A stretch of DNA of 62,817 bases, counting the filler, from a candidate division TA06 bacterium SM23_40 (GTDB lineage Bacteria; LJUI01; SM1-40): assembly GCA_001303705.1 (NCBI GenBank). It is 6 parts of 6 records of this genome, joined end to end, with 100 filler letters (N's around TTAATTAATTAA, not from the genome) between each part and the next. Parts side by side here need not be neighbours in the genome. Positions count along the whole stretch, not along the records: positions 11,697 to 25,301 come from LJUI01000103.1; positions 25,402 to 34,167 come from LJUI01000104.1; 4 more parts are not named here. One strand, 5' to 3'. Positions within the stretch are counted from its first letter, which is position 1; the number at the start of each line of letters is the position of its first letter. The notes below the pieces were generated by a model. It saw nothing but the letters and a program-made list of their open reading frames with translations, had not been told where the DNA came from and searched no databases. Position numbers and translations under genes: made by a program. Shown here piece by piece: positions 19,448 through 28,632 of the stretch.

Positions 19448-19837
19448 ATGATGAAAAGAGCCGTCCTCGCGATATGTATCTCTCTGGTGCTTCTTCCCTG
19501 CTTAACTGTCCCGGACGTTGTTGGCTCTTCGGGGGCGGATGTCTCGCTCGGAACCCTGGAGTACATTCCACCCCCCGACGTGACGATATGCTTCTGCAGC
19601 TCGTACCACCTGGTCGGTGAGGAGGGATTCGAAAGCTATTACCTTCTTCCCGGTACGCTCGATCTGACCCCGTACATCGGTCAGAAGATACTTGTCCGGG
19701 GCAGGGCCTTCACGGGTATCTGCCAGGGAACCCTTGCCCTGCCTTGTGATTACCTCGTGGTGGAAAAGATCACTGCCCAATCGAGGTGGGAAACGACCGA
19801 ATCTAACTGGGGTGGAATCAAGAAGATATATCGGTGA
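19448..19837 (+). CDS. small secreted Cys-containing protein ending in WGGIKKIYR
   Basis: GGAGG RBS, signal peptide MMKRAVLAICISLVLL, four further Cys, C-terminal ESNWGGIKKIYR. Confidence 0.7.
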   Translation: MMKRAVLAICISLVLLPCLTVPDVVGSSGADVSLGTLEYIPPPDVTICFCSSYHLVGEEGFESYYLLPGTLDLTPYIGQKILVRGRAFTGICQGTLALPCDYLVVEKITAQSRWETTESNWGGIKKIYR

Positions 19838-19954
19838 GGGGCCGGTGAGACATCTCAGTAGCTGTTCCGGGATCGCAGCATAATCCTCGCTACGATTCTC
19901 GAGATACATGTGATCCGTAGAATCTACGTTTTAGCATAAAAATTAAAAAATTAG

Positions 19955-20005
19955 TTGACAGGCGGGCTCTGATTATTAATAATAGTAATTGTTACTATTA
20001 TTAAT
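19955..20005 (+). promoter_or_regulatory. promoter with overlapping Fur/PerR-type operator
   Basis: TTGACA at 19955; perfect 14-3-14 inverted repeat ATTAATAATAGTAA-TTG-TTACTATTATTAAT (19975-20005) over the -10 region. Confidence 0.8.
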
Positions 20006-20012
20006 TACAGTT

Positions 20013-20432
20013 ATGCAACCAGAAAGACACATAAGGATGACTCAGCAGCGCCAGGTTATACTGGATGAGTTACGAAAGCTCGATTCGCATCCCACCGCGG
20101 ATGAGATCTACGAGATCGTCCGCAGGAGGATTCCCCGGATCAGCCTCGGTACGGTATACCGGAATCTGGAGTTTCTTTCCAGGTGTGGTATCATTCGAAA
20201 GCTCGAACTCAGCGGCTCCCAGATGCGGTTTGACGGTTTTATAGACAGACATAACCATATCAGGTGCATTCGCTGCGGCAGGGTTGATGATTTACCCGCC
20301 GAGCAGTTGCTGACAGAATGTGACAGGGATCTACTGAAAGAGACGGGATACAAGGTTATCGAGCGACGGGTTGAGTTCCTGGGCGTGTGCCCGAACTGCA
20401 GGGAAGATGAGGGCACCGAATCAGCGGGGTAA
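20013..20432 (+). CDS. perR: Fur family repressor, probably PerR
   Basis: HPTADEIY, ISLGTVYRNL, HNHIRCIRCG, CPNC; upstream of rbr/dfx/ftn. Confidence 0.8.
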   Translation: MQPERHIRMTQQRQVILDELRKLDSHPTADEIYEIVRRRIPRISLGTVYRNLEFLSRCGIIRKLELSGSQMRFDGFIDRHNHIRCIRCGRVDDLPAEQLLTECDRDLLKETGYKVIERRVEFLGVCPNCREDEGTESAG

Positions 20433-20503
20433 TCTCCTGGGGATGAATCTGGCCGAAAGATATCTGACAGGCCTGGAGGGCATGTAAGCAGGGGGAGGAT
20501 ACG

Positions 20504-21319
20504 GTGAACCACAAGACCACAAAAAAGAAGCGCTGGCGCCGGCACGTGAATTCTGATCCTCTCGTCTTCCTGTACGACTACGACGATATCCGGGATCGGG
20601 AAATTGTCGGGCTCATCGCATCTTCTCTCGCATATGGGAATGTAAAACAGATATCGAAAAGCGTGGACGGTGTATTGAGTTTCATGGGAGCATCACCGGC
20701 TCATTTTCTCGAGACGTCAACCCCCAGAGCAATTGAGAGAACATTTTCGAGTTTCAAACACCGGTGGACAACGGGTTGGGATTTGGCATCGATGCTCAAA
20801 GGAGCGAAGCAGGTGATAGAGAAGTACGGATCTCTCGAATCCTGTTTCGCCTATGGTCTCGAGACGTCCCATGTCGATACCGTTGCAGCTCTCACACATT
20901 TCGTGAGCGAGTTGAAAGGTGCTGATGGCAGCTCGTACAATAGTCTTCTCCCCTCTCCGTGTAGGAACAGTGCCTGCAAACGTCTTCACCTCTTCTTACG
21001 TTGGATGGTTCGGAGCGATCGGGTCGATCCCGGCGGCTGGACCGAGGTTTCCGCTTCAAAGCTTCTCGTTCCTCTCGATAGACATATGTACCGGTTTGCC
21101 ATGGATACAGGCCTGACCGAGCGGAAGCAGCCCAACCTGCATACGGCACGGGAGGTCACAGAGGCATTCAGGGAGATCTCTCCAGAGGATCCCGTGAAAT
21201 ACGACTTCGCCCTGACACGGCTGGGGATTCTCCGGATTGATGACCGGAATAAGTTCATGAGGCAGCTCGGTATGAATAAGGGAGACCGGATTAAGGGGGG
21301 TATCGCGTGGAGGGCGTAG
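20504..21319 (+). CDS. TIGR02757 (DUF2400) family protein
   Basis: SSLAYGNV, SACKRLHLFLRWMVR, LLVPLDRH, PEDPVKYDFAL. Confidence 0.85.
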   Translation: MNHKTTKKKRWRRHVNSDPLVFLYDYDDIRDREIVGLIASSLAYGNVKQISKSVDGVLSFMGASPAHFLETSTPRAIERTFSSFKHRWTTGWDLASMLKGAKQVIEKYGSLESCFAYGLETSHVDTVAALTHFVSELKGADGSSYNSLLPSPCRNSACKRLHLFLRWMVRSDRVDPGGWTEVSASKLLVPLDRHMYRFAMDTGLTERKQPNLHTAREVTEAFREISPEDPVKYDFALTRLGILRIDDRNKFMRQLGMNKGDRIKGGIAWRA

Positions 21320-22566
21320 CCATCGCATTCGTTCTCGAACTCTGGGAGACGCTCCGTGAGATGGCGCCCTTTCTCATATTCGGCTTCTTCGTTGCGGGAG
21401 TGCTTTCAGTCCTGATCCAGCCCGAGGTTGTTGAGCGTCACCTGGGAGGGAGAGGATTGTGGCAGGTGATCAAGGCTGCGATCTTCGGTGTACCGCTGCC
21501 CCTCTGCTCCTGCGGCGTGATCCCGGTTGCCGCTTCTCTCCGGAGGCACGGGGCCGGTTCCGGCGCTACGACCTCATTCCTCATATCGACACCCCAGACG
21601 GGCGTTGACAGTATCATGGTGACCCTGAGCCTCCTCGGTCCTGTATTCGCTGTGTTCAGGCCACTCATCTCATTCGTGAGCGGTCTGCTCGGCGGCTCGC
21701 TCGTTACCTACTTCGGTTCGAGTGCCGGCTCTCGTGAGGAGCCGCGGCCGAAATGTGTGGAGGAATGCTGTACCGGCGTGGAGATTCAGGGAAAAATCCC
21801 CCGAGTTCTTCGCTACGGATTTATCACCCTTCCGAGGGATATCAATAAGGCGCTCATTATCGGTGTGCTCGTGGCGGGAGCAATCTCCGCACTCGTTCCT
21901 GACGACTACTTCTCATGGATTCTCGGCGGTGGGATCGTCTCGATGCTCGTGATGATGGCAGTCGGTATCCCAATATATGTATGTGCCACGGCATCGGTAC
22001 CCGTCGCGGCAGCACTCATCGCAAAGGGTGTATCGCCGGGTGCCGCCCTCGTATTCCTCATGACGGGTCCGGCCACGAACGCCGCGACGGTGACCACAGT
22101 GTGGAAGATCATGGGAAAGAGAACAGCGGGTATTTACCTCGGAACGGTTGCAGTCTCTTCTGTTGCGGCAGGTCTTTTTCTCGATTACATCTTTGAGGCA
22201 GGCGCCTTGCCGGTGGCTTCGGGCATGCCGTGGATGGTACCTGGTTACGTGAAAACAATCAGTGCGGGAGCACTGCTTGCGATCATGGTAGCCGCTTTTT
22301 TCCGACCTTCAAAGGTAGGTGAGAAACCGATGACCAAAGAAGCGGGACAGACCTTGAAGTTGACGATAGAGGGGATGAGCTGTGATCACTGTGCGAGGAG
22401 CATTCAACGGGCCCTCGTCGAGAGCCCCGGTGTGCAGTCGGCGGTGGTTGATCTCAAGAGCGGTGAAGCTCTCGTCACAGGCGAGGATCTCGATACGGCC
22501 GTACTCAGCGAGGCGATCGAAGAGCTGGGGTATAAGGTCGTGGACAGTGATTTCCTGGAGGAGTAG
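21307..22566 (+). CDS. SO_0444/DUF318-type metal permease with C-terminal HMA domain
   Basis: PLPLCSCGVIP, STPQTGVDS, YVCATASVP, GPATN; HMA GMSCDHC. Confidence 0.85.
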   Translation: MEGVAIAFVLELWETLREMAPFLIFGFFVAGVLSVLIQPEVVERHLGGRGLWQVIKAAIFGVPLPLCSCGVIPVAASLRRHGAGSGATTSFLISTPQTGVDSIMVTLSLLGPVFAVFRPLISFVSGLLGGSLVTYFGSSAGSREEPRPKCVEECCTGVEIQGKIPRVLRYGFITLPRDINKALIIGVLVAGAISALVPDDYFSWILGGGIVSMLVMMAVGIPIYVCATASVPVAAALIAKGVSPGAALVFLMTGPATNAATVTTVWKIMGKRTAGIYLGTVAVSSVAAGLFLDYIFEAGALPVASGMPWMVPGYVKTISAGALLAIMVAAFFRPSKVGEKPMTKEAGQTLKLTIEGMSCDHCARSIQRALVESPGVQSAVVDLKSGEALVTGEDLDTAVLSEAIEELGYKVVDSDFLEE

Positions 22567-22648
22567 ATCTCGAGAGATCTCTCCTTCCGTTTATCATAGA
22601 TGAGAGAAAGAATGAAACATCGTGGACGTTGACCAGAAGGAGGAGTAT

Positions 22649-23221
22649 ATGTCCATCAAGGGTACGAGGACAGAAAAGAATATCCTGACTGCGTTCGCCG
22701 GCGAGTCACAGGCGAGGAACCGTTACAGCTACTTCGCGAGTCAGGCGAAGAAGGACGGTTACGAGCAGATCACCTCGATCTTCCAGGAGACGGCGGATCA
22801 GGAGAAGGAGCATGCGAAGCGGCTGTTCAAGCTGCTCGAGGGGGATGAGGTCGAAGTCCAGGCATCTTTCCCGGCCGGTGTCATCGGCACCACCGCCGAG
22901 AACCTCAAAGAAGCTGCAGCCGGCGAGAACTACGAGTGGACGGATATGTACCCCGGTTTCGCCAAGGTGGCCCGGGAGGAAGGCTTCGATGAAATCGCCG
23001 ACATCTTCATGTCCATCGCCGTGGCTGAAAAGCAGCACGAGAAACGGTACAACGATCTCAGGGCGAACATCGAGGCCGGCCGCGTTTTCAAGCGGGATAC
23101 AAAAGTCGTGTGGCGCTGCCGGAACTGCGGTTATCTGCACGAGGGGAATGAAGCACCGAAGGAATGTCCGGCGTGTGCTCATCCCCAGGCTCACTTCGAG
23201 CTGCTCGGTGAAAACTGGTGA
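22649..23221 (+). CDS. rbr: rubrerythrin
   Basis: [22 protein letters not shown]-terminal CRNCGY...CPACAHP. Confidence 0.95.
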   Translation: MSIKGTRTEKNILTAFAGESQARNRYSYFASQAKKDGYEQITSIFQETADQEKEHAKRLFKLLEGDEVEVQASFPAGVIGTTAENLKEAAAGENYEWTDMYPGFAKVAREEGFDEIADIFMSIAVAEKQHEKRYNDLRANIEAGRVFKRDTKVVWRCRNCGYLHEGNEAPKECPACAHPQAHFELLGENW

Positions 23222-23296
23222 ATGTGTATTTCGTCTATTGTCACAGTGGGTACTGTGGCAGGCGAATGCATGAAACGGTGAGAAGGAGGTTGTCAA

Positions 23297-23674
23297 ATGA
23301 CGAAGCGACTCCAGGTTTACAAATGCGGTGTATGCGGCAACATTGTCGAGGTGCTGCATAAAGGAATGGGCCAGCTCGTGTGCTGCAATCAGCCGATGAG
23401 ACTGCGCGAGGAGAATACAACGGATGCCGCAACTGAAAAGCACGTCCCCGTTATCGAGAAGGTCGAGGGCGGCTACAAGGTGAAGGTCGGGAGTGTTCCC
23501 CACCCCATGGAGGAGAAGCATTACATCGAGTGGATTCAGCTCCAGGCCGGTGGAGAGTCTTACCGACGGTTCCTCAATCCCGGTGATGCACCGGAAGCGT
23601 TTTTCAACGTGACTGCTGAGAAGGTTTCGGCTCGCGAGTACTGTAACCTTCACGGCCTCTGGAAAGGGGAGTGA
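23297..23674 (+). CDS. dfx: desulfoferrodoxin (superoxide reductase)
   Basis: YKCGVCGN...[29 protein letters not shown]. Confidence 0.95.
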   Translation: MTKRLQVYKCGVCGNIVEVLHKGMGQLVCCNQPMRLREENTTDAATEKHVPVIEKVEGGYKVKVGSVPHPMEEKHYIEWIQLQAGGESYRRFLNPGDAPEAFFNVTAEKVSAREYCNLHGLWKGE

Positions 23675-23680
23675 TCGCTG

Positions 23681-24205
23681 ATGATCAAAAAGAAGATTCG
23701 TGATGCATTCAACGAACAGATACAGCACGAACTGTACTCGGCATACCTCTACCTCTCGATGGCGGCTTACTGCCATTCGATCGGATTGGACGGGATGGCT
23801 CAGTGGCTTCGCGTTCAAACGATGGAGGAGATGACTCATGCCATGAAGTTCTTCGATCACATCATCGAGCGCGACGGCAAGGTCGAACTTCTGCCGATAA
23901 AAAAGCCGAAGATAACGTGGAAATCTCCGCTCGAAGGATTTCAGGATGCCTACAAGCACGAGCAGTTCATTACCGGCAGGATCAATGAGCTTGTCAAGCT
24001 CTCCAATGCGGAGAAAGACTACGCATCGAACAGTCTTCTCCAGTGGTTCGTTGACGAACAGGTCGAGGAGGAGGCTTCGGCATCGAAGGTTGTCCAGCAG
24101 TTGGAGATGGTCGGTGATTCCGGTAACGGCCTTCTCATGCTCGACCGGGAGCTGGGACAGCGAACCTTCACCTGGCCGACCGCAAAGGAAGGTGAGGGTG
24201 AATAG
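23681..24205 (+). CDS. ftn: ferritin
   Basis: ELYSAYLYLSM, EEMTHAMKF, HEQFIT, LQWFVDEQVEEE. Confidence 0.93.
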   Translation: MIKKKIRDAFNEQIQHELYSAYLYLSMAAYCHSIGLDGMAQWLRVQTMEEMTHAMKFFDHIIERDGKVELLPIKKPKITWKSPLEGFQDAYKHEQFITGRINELVKLSNAEKDYASNSLLQWFVDEQVEEEASASKVVQQLEMVGDSGNGLLMLDRELGQRTFTWPTAKEGEGE

Positions 24206-24333
24206 GATCCCTGCTGCTTTGTCGGGGATCCGTCTCTGTGACCGGCAAAGCAGAGGATCGTATCAGCGGTGATTTCTTAGTTCATGGGGGGGGATCGTTC
24301 CCCCCTCCGTCATAACTCATCTGAGGGGACGAT

Positions 24334-25301
24334 ATGGATGTCAGGTCATGTAACATTGTCATTGGTGGAGAGGCTGGTCAGGGACTGGTGACCGTGGGTC
24401 AGCTCCTCTCGAAGATACTCGTGCGGAGTGGTTACTCGATCGTTGTCACCCAGAGCTACCAGTCGAGGATACGGGGAGGGCACAACACCTTCGCCGTTCG
24501 GGTTAGTGCAGATCGTTTGGAGGCTCCCGTAGAACCGATCGACCTCCTCGTGGCGCTGAATGAGGAAACCGTCCACTTACACCAGGGTGAGATGTCTTCA
24601 GACGGTCTCGTGGTGGTGGATGGAGTATTTGGTATCACGGCCGAGCACTGCCTGAACGTCCCCTTCGAGAAGCTGGCCGGGGAGGAGTACATCAATACTG
24701 CCGCACTGGGGATTCTCTGTGCGCTCCTGGGGCTTGATCTCGGTATGGCTGCAACGATGCTGGAAGAGGTGTTCGGGAAAAAACATCCCGAGACGATGGA
24801 GGATAACAGGAGTGCACTGACGAAGGCGTTCGAATGGACTCGTGGTCATCCTGAGTTCCTGCGAAAGCTGCCGCGGGTTAAGAGAGTGAAAAAGCGATTG
24901 ATGTTGGATGGAAATCAGGCCATCGCTCTCGGGGCGGTCTCTGCAGGTGTCAGGTTCTGCTCATTCTATCCTATGACGCCGTCGACATCCGTTTCATTGA
25001 ACCTGATCGGGATGGCAGAACGTATGGGTCTTGTCGTGGAGCAAGCCGAGGACGAGATTGCAGCAATCAATATGGCTATCGGAGCTTCATACGCTGGAGT
25101 TCCCGCCATGGTTGCCACCTCCGGTGGAGGTTTCGCCCTCATGGTGGAGGGAGTGAGCCTCGCTGCAATGACCGAGACACCAATCGTCGTTGTCGTCGCA
25201 CAGCGGCCGGGTCCGGCAACGGGCCTCCCAACGAGAACGGAGCAGGCGGATCTGGAGTTCGTCCTTCACGCGGGGCACGGGGAGTTTCCTCGGGCGATCT
25301 T
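24334..25301 (+). CDS. 2-oxoacid:ferredoxin oxidoreductase alpha subunit (gamma-alpha fusion; 3' truncated)
   Basis: [45 protein letters not shown]. Confidence 0.92.
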
Positions 25302-25401
25302 NNNNNNNNNNNNNNNNNNNNNNNNNNNNNNNNNNNNNNNNNNNNTTAATTAATTAANNNNNNNNNNNNNNNNNNNNNNNNNNNNNNNNNNNNNNNNNNN
25401 N
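25302..25401. other. artificial contig spacer
   Basis: N-run + TTAATTAATTAA + N-run. Confidence 0.98.
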
Positions 25402-25458
25402 CACACAGATACAGGCCACCGTGGCGGCGACGACCGAGGTAATCGGGCAATAGCAGCC

Positions 25459-25490
25459 CCCCCGCCATGTCCGGCCAGGCATGGCGGGGG
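25459..25490. terminator. GC-rich hairpin, possible terminator
   Basis: CCCCCGCCATGTC / GGCATGGCGGGGG stem; no clear U-tract. Confidence 0.45.
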
Positions 25491-25551
25491 ATCATTGTCC
25501 TGCGCTATTCCAGTGCCGGCCCGTCCTGGCACAGCCTGCCCATGATTTCCC

Positions 25552-25580
25552 TTGACATTCCGCCCACCCTGGCGTAGCGT
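25552..25580 (+). promoter_or_regulatory. sigma70-type promoter
   Basis: TTGACA-17 bp-TAGCGT. Confidence 0.5.
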
Positions 25581-25582
25581 GG

Positions 25583-25729
25583 TGCGGGGTTGAAGACTGG
25601 GCTGCTGGGGAAGACGGATACCCCGCATCAACGACGACACTAGCACACGCATCGATACGAGACCCAGTCCCTGGCGACGAACCCGCAGATCTTGCCCAGT
25701 TCGCACGGCGAACGACTTCGCCACTTTCT
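25583..25729 (+). ncRNA. candidate structured RNA/leader, family not recognised
   Basis: Nested stems after a promoter, closed by hairpin GGCGAA-cgac-TTCGCC + ACTTTCT. Confidence 0.3.
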
Positions 25730-25909
25730 CCCGTCCGACCAGCAGTTCTCAGTACATGCCTGCCCCGCGGAGAAATGGTATCAGGAGGCAGGGATCGGCT
25801 CCGCCCGATCTATAGCGACATGCCACAGGCATGCGCGAGGCGTCGTTCTAGAGAGCATCAATCGACTGAGCGTTACATGGAGTCTGTGCGGAATCGAAGG
25901 GAGGAAACG

Positions 25910-26542
25910 ATGACGGAGTGGAAGAACCTGAGCACTCTCAGTCCCAGGAAATTCACCTGTAGCTACTGTGGCTCGCACGTCCGTTCTGACAGGGGCTATC
26001 TCACCGGCACTCCCTCTCGGCACATACGTATCTGCCCTAACTGCAACAATCCTACATACTTCGAAGGGGACCGACAGACTCCCGCTCCCCCGCTCGGAAA
26101 TCGGGTGAGCAATGTACCGGCTGAGATCGACTCATTATATAACGAGGCGAGGGCCTGCGCCGCCGCCCGGGCCTACACCGCTGCCGTGCTGGCATGCAGG
26201 AAGTTGATTACGATCATTGCGGTGGAGCAGGGGGCCCTCAAAGGCAAGAGCTTCCTTGAATGCGTCGAATTCCTCGCAGACAGGAACTTTATCCCGCCAA
26301 ACGGCAGAATATGGCTGCACTACATCCGGACCAGGGGCAGTGAAGCTGCGCACGACCTGTCTCTCATGACCGAAGATGATGCGAATAATCTGATCACATT
26401 CGCCGAGATGCTTCTGAGATTCATCTATGAGTTCCCCGCCCGGGTCACGTCTTCACCGCCTTCATTCTTTGCGGCCGACCACCCGCCCCGGCGGCCAGTC
26501 CCGGTAGGCGACCGGCCTCACAGTGATGCTACCGGCCACTAG
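25910..26542 (+). CDS. DUF4145 (HEPN-like) protein with N-terminal zinc ribbon
   Basis: CSYC...CPNC; LYNEARAC, AAVLACRKL, IRTRGSEAAH; GGAGG RBS. Confidence 0.8.
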   Translation: MTEWKNLSTLSPRKFTCSYCGSHVRSDRGYLTGTPSRHIRICPNCNNPTYFEGDRQTPAPPLGNRVSNVPAEIDSLYNEARACAAARAYTAAVLACRKLITIIAVEQGALKGKSFLECVEFLADRNFIPPNGRIWLHYIRTRGSEAAHDLSLMTEDDANNLITFAEMLLRFIYEFPARVTSSPPSFFAADHPPRRPVPVGDRPHSDATGH

Positions 26543-26889
26543 CCGATAGGCTACCATCGACCATGTGGACACGATGCGCCTCGCCCCCACTGTGTGTCCT
26601 GAGAGCCGCCGACGGCCCGCTCCCCTCCCAATGCCGACTCCCTTCCATGTAGATGAACCGGACCTGACCCCCTCGGTGGGCCCTTTCGACACGGCACCTC
26701 CCCCCCAAACACCGGTCGCCACCGCCTCTTAGGCGAAGCGGCCGCTCTCGAGATTCCTCCCCCGAACATACAAAAACGACTTGACATAGCGCCGGAAAAA
26801 GAGGATAAAGAAGGGTACTGGCCGACACAGGAGAGGTGGCTCTCGAATGTCGCGGCCTACATTGTGCCCAATGAGGAGGCTCCGCGCAA

Positions 26890-27864
26890 ATGCGATTCCC
26901 CCAAGGAACTCCACATCTTCAGAACGCCAAGCTGTCGTTCGTGAACTTCGACAACATACTCCACGACGCCAAAGTAGAGCGTGCCAGCAAGATATGCGGC
27001 CTCATCACCATCATCTATCCGGACGTCACCGAGCTCCTTTTTCTGAGGCAGGGCGAACCGGTGAATGCCGCGAGATTCACCAGAAACGATCGAGACATCG
27101 TACCCATTCGCGAGGTCATTGAAAAAGCCAAGAAATCACCGGTCGGTACCGTCAGCATCCATGAGGTGCCCGATGAACTACTGGCTATGATCCTGGCGAC
27201 ATTCAACACGAAGCCCATGTTCAAGGACATCGATGTGGCGGAGACCTCACCGGATACTTTTCTCGAGAAATTGACTTCTACGAAGTTCTCCGGGTTTGTC
27301 GAGCTACGACGCGGCGTCGAGCTTTCCTACGTCGGGTTCGAAGAGGGCAAACCAACCCACGGCTACTTCGCGGGCCGGGCCGGCAACGAGGTCTCGGATG
27401 AGATCATGCAGAAATACCTCGCGTTGCAGGATTCCGAGGGCGGTTCGATCAAGGTTAGCGGCTTCGAGGTGACGCCCGAGCGCATCGAGCAGGCCACGCC
27501 GGCGCTCATATCGCTATTCCTCAAGATGATCAATGCCATGATAGCAGAATACGGCACACTGGTCGGTCCGGCACTCGCCGAGAAAACTCTTCACAGCTCC
27601 CGTGAGGCTGCCGCCAAGCAGTTCTCCCTGCTCACCGATTTCGTCATCGACAAGGACTTGACAGTGAGCGGCGAACCTCTGGCCTCGCCGGACGACCTGT
27701 CACGAGCCTTTGCGGCCTGGACAGACCTGCTCGTCGACGCCTTCCGCGCCGTCCTCGGGGATCGTGCCGAGGAGGTATTCGCCCGCTCGACCAAGGACTT
27801 CCGGTTCGCATTGAAGTCGACGACGTTCTCCGAGCATTCCAAGCTCTCAAAACTCCTCGAGTAG
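26890..27864 (+). CDS. hypothetical protein with two internally similar domains
   Basis: GAGGAGG RBS; repeats ICGLITIIYP..ELLFLRQGEPVNA and FSGFVELRRG..SYVGFEEGKPTHG. Confidence 0.65.
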   Translation: MRFPQGTPHLQNAKLSFVNFDNILHDAKVERASKICGLITIIYPDVTELLFLRQGEPVNAARFTRNDRDIVPIREVIEKAKKSPVGTVSIHEVPDELLAMILATFNTKPMFKDIDVAETSPDTFLEKLTSTKFSGFVELRRGVELSYVGFEEGKPTHGYFAGRAGNEVSDEIMQKYLALQDSEGGSIKVSGFEVTPERIEQATPALISLFLKMINAMIAEYGTLVGPALAEKTLHSSREAAAKQFSLLTDFVIDKDLTVSGEPLASPDDLSRAFAAWTDLLVDAFRAVLGDRAEEVFARSTKDFRFALKSTTFSEHSKLSKLLE

Positions 27865-27870
27865 ACCGTC

Positions 27871-28632
27871 GTGACCGATTCCGGACAGGAGAGGCTCCCG
27901 CCCGCTCTTTACATCGTCAGCACGCCGATCGGAAACTTGAAGGACGTCACATTCCGCGCGCTCGACGTCCTGCGCGCTGCCGATGTTGTCGCTGCAGAAG
28001 ATACACGGAGGACGAGGATCCTGCTCGCTCACTATGGGGCGAGCCGCAGGCTACTCAGCTATCGCGATCGCAATAAGGAGGTCAGAGCACCCAAACTGGT
28101 ACAGACCATCCTTGCCGGGTCGAGCGTAGCGCTCGTCTCCGACGGCGGCACACCGGGGATATCGGATCCAGGATACTACCTGATACGAATGGCCGTACAG
28201 AGGGGCATCGACATCGTGCCCATCCCCGGACCGACTGCCGCCATCGCCGCCCTCGTCGCTTCCGGGCTGCCCTGTGACCGGTTCGCATTCGAGGGATTTC
28301 TGCCTTCACGCCCAGGGAGGAAGCGAAGACGCCTGGAAGAACTCCGAACTGAGCCACGCACGCTGGTCATCTACGAAGCACCGCACCGCCTCAAGTCGAC
28401 CCTCGTTCTAATGGCTCAGATCTTAGGTGACCGGAGCGCTGCCGTCGCCCGGGAGCTGACCAAGGTCTTCGAAGAGATCCGTCGCGGTTCTCTCAGCGAA
28501 CTGGCTGCTTACTATCAGACGGAACCAGCCAGAGGTGAAATCGTCATAATCCTGGAAGGTGCGCGCCAACAGGCTCTGTCGGATGTGAGGCAGCACAAGG
28601 GAGATGTCGCGAGTTGCTCTCACGAAGAGTAA
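27871..28632 (+). CDS. rsmI: 16S rRNA (cytidine1402-2'-O)-methyltransferase
   Basis: LYIVSTPIGNL, AEDTRRT, VSDGGTPGISDPG, YEAPHRL, RELTKVFEE. Confidence 0.95.
   Translation: MTDSGQERLPPALYIVSTPIGNLKDVTFRALDVLRAADVVAAEDTRRTRILLAHYGASRRLLSYRDRNKEVRAPKLVQTILAGSSVALVSDGGTPGISDPGYYLIRMAVQRGIDIVPIPGPTAAIAALVASGLPCDRFAFEGFLPSRPGRKRRRLEELRTEPRTLVIYEAPHRLKSTLVLMAQILGDRSAAVARELTKVFEEIRRGSLSELAAYYQTEPARGEIVIILEGARQQALSDVRQHKGDVASCSHEE

Noticed and set aside
24205-24308. Overlapping hairpins between ftn and the oxidoreductase gene
   Set aside because: Compatible with an ordinary terminator or stabiliser; no riboswitch consensus recognised
25583-25605. CTTCAA on the minus strand as a tRNA-Sec anticodon loop
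   Set aside because: No anticodon stem, T-loop or acceptor stem can be formed
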